NCBI GenBank assembly: GCA_977020255.1
Contig: CDROCS010001674.1
Location: 124,001-188,000 of the forward strand
From: Obrimoposthia wandeli
Taxonomy: Eukaryota
Length of the DNA: 64,000 bases
Direction: 5' to 3'
Under the pieces are notes generated by a model. It was not told the origin of the DNA, did not search any database, and saw only the letters and a list, made by a program, of their open reading frames with translations. The position numbers were made by a program, and so were the translations under genes. Positions 50,357 to 58,676 of the stretch are shown in pieces (positions within the stretch are counted from its first letter, which is position 1; every line of letters starts with the position of its first letter).

Positions 50357-50806
50357 ATGTCTCAAGAAGAAATTGAAGTAGAAGCGATTGGTATTGAAGT
50401 ATCCTCTCAACCAATTGAGCTTTATAAAGTATTAAAAATTGCCAACGCGGTAAGTGGCGGTGGTGAAGCAAAAATGGCCATATTTGACGGATATGTTGCT
50501 GTTAACGGTGAATTGGAACAACGTAAGCGCCGTAAAATGTATGACGGTGATTTAGTTGAATTTAACGAAGAGTATTATGTTGTACTGTGTGACCAGCCAG
50601 TACAAGAGCCTTCCGACGAGCCAGTAAAAAAGAAGGCAGAAAAACCTGCCGCTAAAAAGCCTCAGCCCCAAAAGGCGAATAAAGCCAATAAATCTAAAAA
50701 AAGTGCATCTAAAAAGGCAAATAAAGGTGATCAGAACAAGCCTGCAGAACCCAAAGCCGTTAATAGTGCTGATCAGTCAACAGGTCGAAAGCTGATGAGT
50801 TTTTAA
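50357..50806 (+). CDS. S4 RNA-binding protein (YbcJ-like) with basic low-complexity tail
   Basis: IELYKVLK..SGGGEAK..VAVNGELEQRKRRKM; track start 50312. Confidence 0.8.
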   Translation: MSQEEIEVEAIGIEVSSQPIELYKVLKIANAVSGGGEAKMAIFDGYVAVNGELEQRKRRKMYDGDLVEFNEEYYVVLCDQPVQEPSDEPVKKKAEKPAAKKPQPQKANKANKSKKSASKKANKGDQNKPAEPKAVNSADQSTGRKLMSF

Positions 50807-50891
50807 TTGTACGGTTTGTACGGTTTGTACTTTTAACTAAAGACTAAAGACTAAAGACTAAAGACTAAAGACTAAGGTATAAGGTATATAG
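50807..50891. repeat. Tandem repeats: TTGTACGGT x2.7 and ACTAAAG x5 plus three drifted 7-mers
   Basis: 9-mer 50807-50830; 7-mers 50836-50870 then ACTAAGG, TATAAGG, TATATAG. Confidence 0.95.
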
Positions 50892-51800
50892 ATAAAAATA
50901 GGTGGCTTCATTGCGAATATCCTTCTTTGCATATCATGGCAAGCATCGTCTGCAACGGTGTCACCTATTTCAGATGCGTTATGTCGAAATATGACGCAAG
51001 CGGGGGTAATGGATAACACTGCTCCCGTTCAATGCCAACGCTTGAGGCAAGTGACGTTTAGCTATGTCGATTTTACGGGTAAACAACATAACAATGGGCA
51101 TCTTGTTGTGTTAGATGCCGTTGCCCCTTATGTCGGTAATATTTTTGATTCCCTTTTCGTGGCTAAATTCCCGATCAACAAAGCGGTCACCATTGAACAT
51201 TATCAAGGTGATGATGATCGCTCGATGACAGATAATAATACCTCTGCTTTTAATTACCGGTCTATCACTGGGCAGCGTTCGTTGTCTTTACATGCGTATG
51301 GTCTAGCAATTGATATCAACCCTGTACAGAACCCATTTGTTGAATTTAATACAACAAATACCGCTACATTTAAGCCGCAAGCCGGTATTAAATATGCGAA
51401 TCGGATGAAATATCGATTTGGTAAAACAGAAAGGGGGGGGATGGCAGAAGAGGTTATCGCGCTATTTGCTAAAAACGGCTTTCAATATTGGGGAGGGTTT
51501 TGGGATACGCCAATCGACTATCAACATTTTCAGGTGAGCCGAGATATGGCAAATTTGATGGTGGTAATGGATAGCCAGCAAGCGAGTCTGTTCTTTAAGC
51601 GTTATGTTGATTGGTATCAATCATGTAGTCGCTTTTATCCTCAAGCGCATTCACAGCATAAATTTAATGATTATGTCGAATACCTGAACGATAAATTAGG
51701 GGTATCATCATTGAGTCAGGCATATGTCCGTTCACCTTCACGAATTATCCAAGCCATACAGGTTGATTCTGTACGATCTGCTATCTGCGTTAAGCGATAA
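50892..51800 (+). CDS. M15-family Zn peptidase (D-Ala-D-Ala carboxypeptidase-like); start uncertain
   Basis: SAFNYR, SLHAYGLAIDINP, DYQHF; frame open back to ATA 50892 and encodes a signal-peptide-like segment; track start GTG 50958. Confidence 0.75.
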   Translation: MKIGGFIANILLCISWQASSATVSPISDALCRNMTQAGVMDNTAPVQCQRLRQVTFSYVDFTGKQHNNGHLVVLDAVAPYVGNIFDSLFVAKFPINKAVTIEHYQGDDDRSMTDNNTSAFNYRSITGQRSLSLHAYGLAIDINPVQNPFVEFNTTNTATFKPQAGIKYANRMKYRFGKTERGGMAEEVIALFAKNGFQYWGGFWDTPIDYQHFQVSRDMANLMVVMDSQQASLFFKRYVDWYQSCSRFYPQAHSQHKFNDYVEYLNDKLGVSSLSQAYVRSPSRIIQAIQVDSVRSAICVKR

Positions 51801-51845
51801 TGATTATTTTAATTAACGGGTACTTAGTGCTTAGCATTGATTTAA

Positions 51846-52073
51846 TTATACCGTTATATTAATTCGACTTCCTGTACTTGTTTGGTTTTTTGGCGGGGCA
51901 TCGCCTATCTTTGAATACCCGATGAAGTTTGGAATACTTGAAACACTTTTAGGTTGAGCGGCCACTGGTTGTGTCGCGATCCCTTTGGTGGAATTATTCG
52001 CGTTGAACGCATTTTGAGCTTGCCAGTATTGATGCTGAGCACCATATACATTTGCAAGAGCAATATTCGACAT
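51846..52073 (-). CDS. Small hypothetical protein, low complexity
   Basis: ATG with AAGGTGG RBS, candidate TTGACA-N16-TATACA promoter; no family recognised. Confidence 0.5.
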   Translation of the reverse strand: MSNIALANVYGAQHQYWQAQNAFNANNSTKGIATQPVAAQPKSVSSIPNFIGYSKIGDAPPKNQTSTGSRINITV

Positions 52074-52267
52074 ATAACCACCTTAATCCAAAGATTACGT
52101 AATTAACCTTGTTTTTATCTTAACAAGGTGTTGCTACATCGATCAATAGAACACTGTATAATTAATGTCATTTTTTTGTCAATTTACTGTCAATATGATG
52201 TCGGAGACATGAGTTCCAGTATTTTTATCTAGGCTTACATTGATAATTAATTACTATTAAACAAATC

Positions 52268-52672
52268 TTACTTTCTCTCCATTTTGACGATAGACAAGAA
52301 TGTTTTCATTGCTTCAATATCAAGATAGCCATCTGTTTTTTTGTGTTTTCGTAAAAATTGATAGCCAGAAACCATCTTTACTAATTCGATGGCTTGCTCA
52401 TTGGTGGGTGTTTGACCTGTAACTGTAGTGTATGCCGCGATTAAAGCATCTTGATCAACTACTTCAGCATGGCGATATAGATAACCACAGCCTGTTGCCA
52501 GCCATTCTAAAGAACAATTTGCCCGTATTGCGATTTGGTTTGCTTTGGTGAAACTTGGCTCGCTGCCTTTTAAATATTTACGGATAAGCGCTTCGCTGAT
52601 ATCTACGCGGCGTGCAAAACCACTCACACTCTCTTCTCCGATTAAGGTTTTTAGGCGGTCGGCAAATGTCAT
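52268..52672 (-). CDS. Cro/CI-type (XRE) HTH regulator without S24 peptidase domain
   Basis: TFADRLKTL..FARRVDISEALIRKYLKGSEP..SLEWLATG. Confidence 0.8.
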   Translation of the reverse strand: MTFADRLKTLIGEESVSGFARRVDISEALIRKYLKGSEPSFTKANQIAIRANCSLEWLATGCGYLYRHAEVVDQDALIAAYTTVTGQTPTNEQAIELVKMVSGYQFLRKHKKTDGYLDIEAMKTFLSIVKMERK

Positions 52673-52766
52673 GATTTCGTACTCTAGTTCGAGGTTTCAT
52701 TGTTATAGCATTGCCGCTATTGAGAAACCAGCATAGGATGAAGGTGGTTTTTTATGGAGAGTGATG

Positions 52767-53675
52767 ATGGTTAACAAGGTTGAATTAGTAGCACAAGGTC
52801 CACAGTTTTCTGAACTTGTTCAAGGTTATTGGCGCTTAGGTGATTGGGGTATGAGCGCTCAAGAGCGTCTTTCATTCTTAAAGCAGCATATTGAATTGGG
52901 TATTACCACGGTCGATCACGCTGATATTTATGGTGGATATAGCTGCGAACAACTTTTCGGTGAAGCCATTGCATTGGAACCAAGCATTCGTGATCAAATG
53001 GAAATAGTGACTAAGTGCGATATCAATTTATGCACCGATTCGTTCCCTGATCGTAAAATCAATCATTACGATACAAGCAAAGAACACATTCTAAACTCTG
53101 TGAATAATTCATTGTCTCGTTTAAATGTCGAGAATATTGATGTGCTTCTTATCCACCGTCCTGATGCACTCATGGATGCTGATGAAGTAGCAGATGCATT
53201 TGCCCAATTGAAACAGCAAGGCAAAGTGAATTATTTTGGTGTTTCTAATTTCTCACCAGCACAATTTGATTTGTTGCAATCGCGTCTTGATGCACCATTG
53301 GTTACCAATCAAGTAGAGATAAATCCGCTCAATTTTGATGTTGTTCATGACGGCACACTCGATCATTTACAAATGAAACGCACTAAGCCTATGGCGTGGT
53401 CTTGCCTTGCTGGTGGCGATATTTTTTCTGGTCAATCTGAACAGCAAATTCGTGTGCGTGAAGAATTAGAGCTGATTCGCCAAGAAGTTGGAGCAGCAAG
53501 TATTGATCAAGTGATTTATGCTTGGGTGAAACGCTTACCATCTAATCCAATACCAATTATTGGTTCAGGTAAAATTGAACGTGTCCAAGCCGCCATTAAA
53601 TCATTAAACATAGAGTTAACACGTGAACAATGGTTCCGCGTATGGACTGCTTCTAAAGGGCATGGTGTGGCATAG
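52767..53675 (+). CDS. ydhF: Aldo/keto reductase, YdhF-like
   Basis: QGYWRL, TTVDHADIYG, LIHRPD, GVSNF, NQVE, PIIGS; track start 52761. Confidence 0.85.
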   Translation: MVNKVELVAQGPQFSELVQGYWRLGDWGMSAQERLSFLKQHIELGITTVDHADIYGGYSCEQLFGEAIALEPSIRDQMEIVTKCDINLCTDSFPDRKINHYDTSKEHILNSVNNSLSRLNVENIDVLLIHRPDALMDADEVADAFAQLKQQGKVNYFGVSNFSPAQFDLLQSRLDAPLVTNQVEINPLNFDVVHDGTLDHLQMKRTKPMAWSCLAGGDIFSGQSEQQIRVREELELIRQEVGAASIDQVIYAWVKRLPSNPIPIIGSGKIERVQAAIKSLNIELTREQWFRVWTASKGHGVA

Positions 53676-53852
53676 TCATTACTGTACCTAAGCGTAAAAC
53701 AAAAATTAGCTAAAACACGCTAAATGTTTAATGTGTTATTCAATAAAAACGGTAGCGATGAATTGAACAGCCTCTCGGCTTATCTTTTCTCGCTACCGTT
53801 TTTGTATCAGCCGAGTACGGGCTGTCTGTTAATTCATAACTCAGTTACCAGT

Positions 53853-53894
53853 TAACCAAGTTTTCATTAACTAACCAAGTCTTCATTAACTAAC
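53853..53894. repeat. 19-bp tandem duplication
   Basis: TAACCAAGTTTTCATTAAC / TAACCAAGTCTTCATTAAC / TAAC. Confidence 0.85.
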
Positions 53895-53917
53895 TATGTT
53901 GCCTGTTAACTAACAAG

Positions 53918-55231
53918 TTAGAAGGTTACCGTATGAGGTGGTTTTATATCGCCAGTGTTAGTCGGATTCGATTCATCGCCACTCCATTCATACCAGCCGC
54001 CGTCAAAAACGCTGATATTTTCCCAGCCCATTACATAAGCGTAGAAAAACGTTGAAGAGGCACGCCAACCTGTACCGCAATAGAAAGAGACATCTTGCGC
54101 GGGGGTAATGTTCCATTCCTGCCAAATACGAGTGATATCTGTAGCACTCTTCATGGTTAGGTCGGGGTTACGAAAATCTTCAAGGTGGTTTGCATCACTA
54201 CCTGCATGTCCCCATTTTGATCCTTCAATGCGTCCTTTTGGCTTGATGTATCGGTAACCACTTGTCACACCTATATATTCATCCCAAGTACGAATGCTCA
54301 CTAAAGATTGTTCATCTTCTGGTTTGGTTAGCATTGCTTTTGCTTCAGGAATATCGATGATTAATTCAGGGTTAGCAGGAATGGCTTTACCAAAATCGAT
54401 GTTATCTTTGTTGGTATTGAGTAACGGTTCAGTCGTGAACCCTGCGTTCACCCACGAGGTCCAACCGCCATTGAGTAGACGAACATCATCGACACCCGCA
54501 TACATCATCATACTTGCTGCACGCGCTGCTGCTGTGTTGTCGCGTCCATAAAAAATCACTGTGGTGTCATAACGAATACCAAGATCACGAATGATCTCAG
54601 TCAGTTTTTCGTCACTCACACGGTTCCACCATGGCTCAGATTCAATTCTATTGGTATTGAGGTACAGAGCCGTTGGGATATGTGATGCAAGATATTTACT
54701 TGGGGGGCCCCAAGCAACTTCGACTAATTTATACCCTTTTTTAGGTGCGAATTCTGGCTGCTTGCCTTCTACAACGTCTTTTACCCATTGAGGTGAAACA
54801 AGATATTGGAATTTAGGTAAAGCCTCTAGTTCCCCGGTGTAATTCTTAAGGGGTTCTTCGATGATACTGACATCTTTTATGCCCTGCGTTTTAAGTACAG
54901 AACTGAGTAGTTGGCTGCCTGCCTCAGCACAATATAAATACGTCGGCTTGCTCGCATCGATCTGCTTTTCTGTGAGTAAAGCTTGTAACGATTCAGGTGA
55001 AAGGTCGTTGATCCAATTGGCATCAATATTGATTGCACCTGGAATATGCCCTCCTTGAGTGGCCCCGTCTTCTGGCCAACCGTTGTAATGATTACTTGAA
55101 CGACAATCAATTATTTGAAAATCAGAGGTAGGTTTAGCTAAAAGATCATTAAAACTAATTGTCGTAGCCTGTGCCGAAAAGCTGGCAAAAACAATGGCAG
55201 GGAAAACCGCCTTGGGAATGAAAGACATCAT
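53918..55231 (-). CDS. Three-domain rhodanese sulfurtransferase, YnjE-like, with signal peptide
   Basis: GHIPGA, SHIPTA, active site YCGTGWR, DGGWYEWS. Confidence 0.85.
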   Translation of the reverse strand: MMSFIPKAVFPAIVFASFSAQATTISFNDLLAKPTSDFQIIDCRSSNHYNGWPEDGATQGGHIPGAINIDANWINDLSPESLQALLTEKQIDASKPTYLYCAEAGSQLLSSVLKTQGIKDVSIIEEPLKNYTGELEALPKFQYLVSPQWVKDVVEGKQPEFAPKKGYKLVEVAWGPPSKYLASHIPTALYLNTNRIESEPWWNRVSDEKLTEIIRDLGIRYDTTVIFYGRDNTAAARAASMMMYAGVDDVRLLNGGWTSWVNAGFTTEPLLNTNKDNIDFGKAIPANPELIIDIPEAKAMLTKPEDEQSLVSIRTWDEYIGVTSGYRYIKPKGRIEGSKWGHAGSDANHLEDFRNPDLTMKSATDITRIWQEWNITPAQDVSFYCGTGWRASSTFFYAYVMGWENISVFDGGWYEWSGDESNPTNTGDIKPPHTVTF

Positions 55232-55544
55232 AAAACCCTAAAAATAAAGAAGAAAAATATTATACAAAAATCATTTACAGCATAAGAAGCGCTGGATCAT
55301 GACATTCTAAATCAATCATAAATATTTTGTCTAAATAGATCTCTGCTAATCCCACTTAAACTGTGAGTATTTGCCGTGTGCTTCCTCGGCTATAATCCAT
55401 CCGATCAATATAAAATATAATTAAAAGCTGAAACCAACGACTTTTTATTTGGCGTGGTATTTGGTTTGGAATTTAGAAAATTATAGTAATAATCAGTCTG
55501 CAACCTGCTCTGGATTTACGATCCAGTCCGCAAAAGGAAAGAAA

Positions 55545-56528
55545 ATGGCTCAATATGTAGTATGTGCATTGTATAAGTTCGTTGCACTTGAAGATTTCGA
55601 AGCGATCCGTCAGCCACTGACCGACGTGATGGAAAAAAATAAAATCCGCGGTACATTATTACTGGCAAGTGAAGGTATTAACGGTACGGTTGCATCAACA
55701 CGCCAAGGCATCGATGCATTGTTGGCATGGTTTAAACAAGATCAGCGTTTTACTGATGTGGTCTATAAAGAATCATTTGATGAAAACCAACCGTTTAATC
55801 GCACCAAAGTGAAATTGAAAAAAGAAATCGTGACAATGGGCGTTGAAGGTATCGATCCTCGTCATGTTGTGGGTACGTATGTAAAGCCTAAAGACTGGAA
55901 TGCATTAATTGCCGATCCTGATGTATTTGTTGTCGATACGCGTAATGACTATGAAATTGAAATTGGCACATTTAAGCATGCTGTTAATCCTGAAACAGCG
56001 TCGTTCCGTGAATTTCCTGAATACGTTGAAAAGAATCTAGATCCAGAGAAACACAAGAAAGTGGCCATGTTTTGTACGGGTGGTATTCGCTGTGAAAAAT
56101 CGACGGCGTATTTGAAAGAGCAAGGTTTTGACGAAGTGTATCACTTAGAAGGCGGCATTCTTAAATACCTAGAAGAAGTGCCAGAAAAAGAAAGTCTTTG
56201 GGAAGGTGAATGTTATGTATTCGACGGTCGTGTCGCGGTCGATCATCAGTTAGAAAAAGGGCAGTATTCAGTTTGTAATGCCTGCCGTTTACCGATTACT
56301 GATGCCGACATGCAACATGAACATTTTGAAAAAGGTGTGAGCTGCCCTCGTTGTGTTGATAAACACACTGAAGAGCAAAAAGGGCGCTTCCGCGAACGTG
56401 AAAAGCAAGTTCAACTCGCGAATCTACGCGGTGAGCAGCATGTTGGTGGTGAAGCCGACAACGTTATTGAAGCTCGACGTAAAGAAAAACTACAGCGTAA
56501 AGAGCAACAACGCGCGACAAAGAAATAA
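55545..56528 (+). CDS. trhO: Oxygen-dependent tRNA U34 hydroxylase (YceA)
   Basis: [44 protein letters not shown]; track start 55449. Confidence 0.9.
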   Translation: MAQYVVCALYKFVALEDFEAIRQPLTDVMEKNKIRGTLLLASEGINGTVASTRQGIDALLAWFKQDQRFTDVVYKESFDENQPFNRTKVKLKKEIVTMGVEGIDPRHVVGTYVKPKDWNALIADPDVFVVDTRNDYEIEIGTFKHAVNPETASFREFPEYVEKNLDPEKHKKVAMFCTGGIRCEKSTAYLKEQGFDEVYHLEGGILKYLEEVPEKESLWEGECYVFDGRVAVDHQLEKGQYSVCNACRLPITDADMQHEHFEKGVSCPRCVDKHTEEQKGRFREREKQVQLANLRGEQHVGGEADNVIEARRKEKLQRKEQQRATKK

Positions 56529-56564
56529 CTTATATAATAGTTACCTGTAACGAGGTTACAAAAA

Positions 56565-57458
56565 TCATGATTGCTGTTGAAGGGCTTCTTCAATGGCATC
56601 TGAACATAGCTTAACCAAGAGTGGCGGGGTTTGATTAAACGCATGCATCGCATAAACCGTCACTTGCGGTAGCTGATATCCAACCATTGCAGACTTTAAT
56701 GTTCCTTTCTTTGCCGCTTCCCTAAATATAAATTCAGGCACAATACCGACACCCGCCCCCGATTCAATTAATGCTAATGCAGTATGAATCGAATCCGTAA
56801 AGCGTGTTGCTGTAAATGTGGTTGAAACAGATTCAAGTATTGCTGTGTTTTGGCTAATACGTTCAAAATGATGAACAACTTTTTGTTTTTGCCAGCCATT
56901 TGCCACGTATAAGCATTTTTCGAACGCCGTATTTTTTTCTATTTTGAAATGTGGTGCACAGCAGAGTACATCTCGAAACTGCCCGATACGACGTTGCTTT
57001 AAATTACTCGCAGGTGATTCGCCTACCCGTATAGCAAGGTCGATTCCTGTTTGAAGTAAATCTACCCGTTGGTCATTGGCAGATAGTGTTGGCTGTATTT
57101 CTGAGTATTGAGCGACGAGCTTGCCAACCGCTGGCGCGATGATCGTGCCCATTAATGCATGAGGTGCAGTTATATGAATATGCCCTTTGGGAGTAATTTG
57201 ACTTTCTCTCGCATTCTCCCATGCTTGTGTTGCCAGTTGATTCATTTGTTGGCATTTTTCAAAAAAATCTTGACCAGCAGGTGTTAATGTTTGTCGGCGG
57301 GTTGTACGTTTTAATAACCCCACGCCTAACTCATCTTCAAGCACTTTAAGGTGCTGGCTAACAACAGACTTTGATAGGTTAAGCGATTCAGCCGCCGCGC
57401 TGATCGAGCCTGATTCAACAATTTTCGCAAAAACTGACATATGCCGAAGATAATTCAT
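56565..57458 (-). CDS. LysR-family regulator (CrgA-like)
   Basis: SISAAAESLNLSKSVVSQHLKVLE, RTTR, DLAIRVG. Confidence 0.9.
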   Translation of the reverse strand: MNYLRHMSVFAKIVESGSISAAAESLNLSKSVVSQHLKVLEDELGVGLLKRTTRRQTLTPAGQDFFEKCQQMNQLATQAWENARESQITPKGHIHITAPHALMGTIIAPAVGKLVAQYSEIQPTLSANDQRVDLLQTGIDLAIRVGESPASNLKQRRIGQFRDVLCCAPHFKIEKNTAFEKCLYVANGWQKQKVVHHFERISQNTAILESVSTTFTATRFTDSIHTALALIESGAGVGIVPEFIFREAAKKGTLKSAMVGYQLPQVTVYAMHAFNQTPPLLVKLCSDAIEEALQQQS

Positions 57459-57500
57459 TTTAATTACCCGTATTTATTAATTACGCTTACCTGAATCTAT

Positions 57501-57519
57501 TGTTCGTAAAAATAGAACA
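57501..57519. promoter_or_regulatory. Candidate LysR box between divergent genes
   Basis: TGTTC-N9-GAACA dyad. Confidence 0.6.
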
Positions 57520-57596
57520 GTGATTCCTTATTACTTGGTTTTTAAGTGTTAATTATTTCACTATATTTGTCATTAGAAATATTACTAACGGTGGAA

Positions 57597-57989
57597 ATGA
57601 TGATGACAATGAACGCACAGCAAATTCTTGTTTTAGACGCATGTAAGCAAGGCATTGAACGTTGGAAAGTAGCTTTTAATTCTCAAAATGCTGCAGGGTG
57701 CGCTGCTGAGTATGAAGCTGATTGTGTTATGCATGCGCGACCGTTTGGTGTATTCGCGGGACGTGAAGACATTCAGGCTTTTTGGCAGAAGATCATGAGT
57801 GATGGCTTTTTCAACGTTGATTATCAAGACACGAAGTGGGAAGCCGAGGGCGATAATGGTTATATTCTAACGTCATCTTGGACAATGAATAAAGCGTTTG
57901 GTGTTGTGCATCGTGAACATTGGTTATTACAAGCAGACGGTACTGCGAAGTTACATTCAGATGACTTTGAGGTGCAAGGTGAGCGTTAA
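57597..57989 (+). CDS. NTF2/SnoaL-like small protein
   Basis: WKVAFNSQNAAGCAAEY, FAGREDIQAFW; track start 57546. Confidence 0.7.
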   Translation: MMMTMNAQQILVLDACKQGIERWKVAFNSQNAAGCAAEYEADCVMHARPFGVFAGREDIQAFWQKIMSDGFFNVDYQDTKWEAEGDNGYILTSSWTMNKAFGVVHREHWLLQADGTAKLHSDDFEVQGER

Positions 57990-58121
57990 TTTGCTCTCAT
58001 AATCGATCATCTAAAAGCCTTCATGTTTTCACTCGCTTTAGTGAATAATTGTGAAGGCTTTTTTGTTGCTGTTTTTTTTACATTCTTTTCATACATTGCT
58101 TTTTAACATCGTTTTCTTCGT

Positions 58122-58346
58122 CTACGAATCCTCAGAATTATCCCCATCATGCTTTACTGCATACCGAATTGCAGCCCAGCAAATCATAATTAATAGGAAA
58201 GGAATGGAAGCTGCTGTGTATTCTACCCATGCTTGATGTGCAATGCTTTTTGCCAGAATTAAATGCCCTAAAATTAATAATGCAGCACAAAGTAATGCCA
58301 CCATCATCAATCTGCCTTCACTGCCAATAGACGATATTTTCATCAT
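58122..58346 (-). CDS. Small two-TM hypothetical membrane protein
   Basis: AAGGAG RBS, two hydrophobic segments. Confidence 0.6.
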   Translation of the reverse strand: MMKISSIGSEGRLMMVALLCAALLILGHLILAKSIAHQAWVEYTAASIPFLLIMICWAAIRYAVKHDGDNSEDS

Positions 58347-58362
58347 TTTTATCTCCTTGTTA

Positions 58363-58433
58363 TATACCGAAGCGACCTAAAGATAAACGCTGAAGTCATT
58401 CTGAATCCTGCATATTGAGGTAGCTTGGGTATA
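58363..58433. mobile_element. Family-2 MITE-like element, 71-bp derivative with both TIRs
   Basis: TATACCGAAGCGACCTAAAGAT ... ATATTGAGGTAGCTTGGGTATA. Confidence 0.75.
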
Positions 58434-58676
58434 ACAGCCATCATTAAACGGCATAAGTGACAAAACAAGGTAACACAATCAGTGAATTAGAAGGGTGTAA
58501 CAGTTAGGTGTTGGTATTGGTTTTGGTTTTGTCTGTAGCGTGACGAGACTTATAGTTGAATCATGAATATTACCTTCATACCCTGAACTATGATTATAAA
58601 TTGAACCAATGGTGCTATTTACTGTATCTAACTAATAAGACCTTTTATGTAACACGCATATTTTCAGGATAAGCTG

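Noticed and set aside
50836-50891. Mini CRISPR array
   Set aside because: Contiguous 7-mers with no spacers; a simple tandem repeat
51846-52672. Prophage remnant
   Set aside because: Only a repressor-like HTH; no integrase, att site or structural genes nearby
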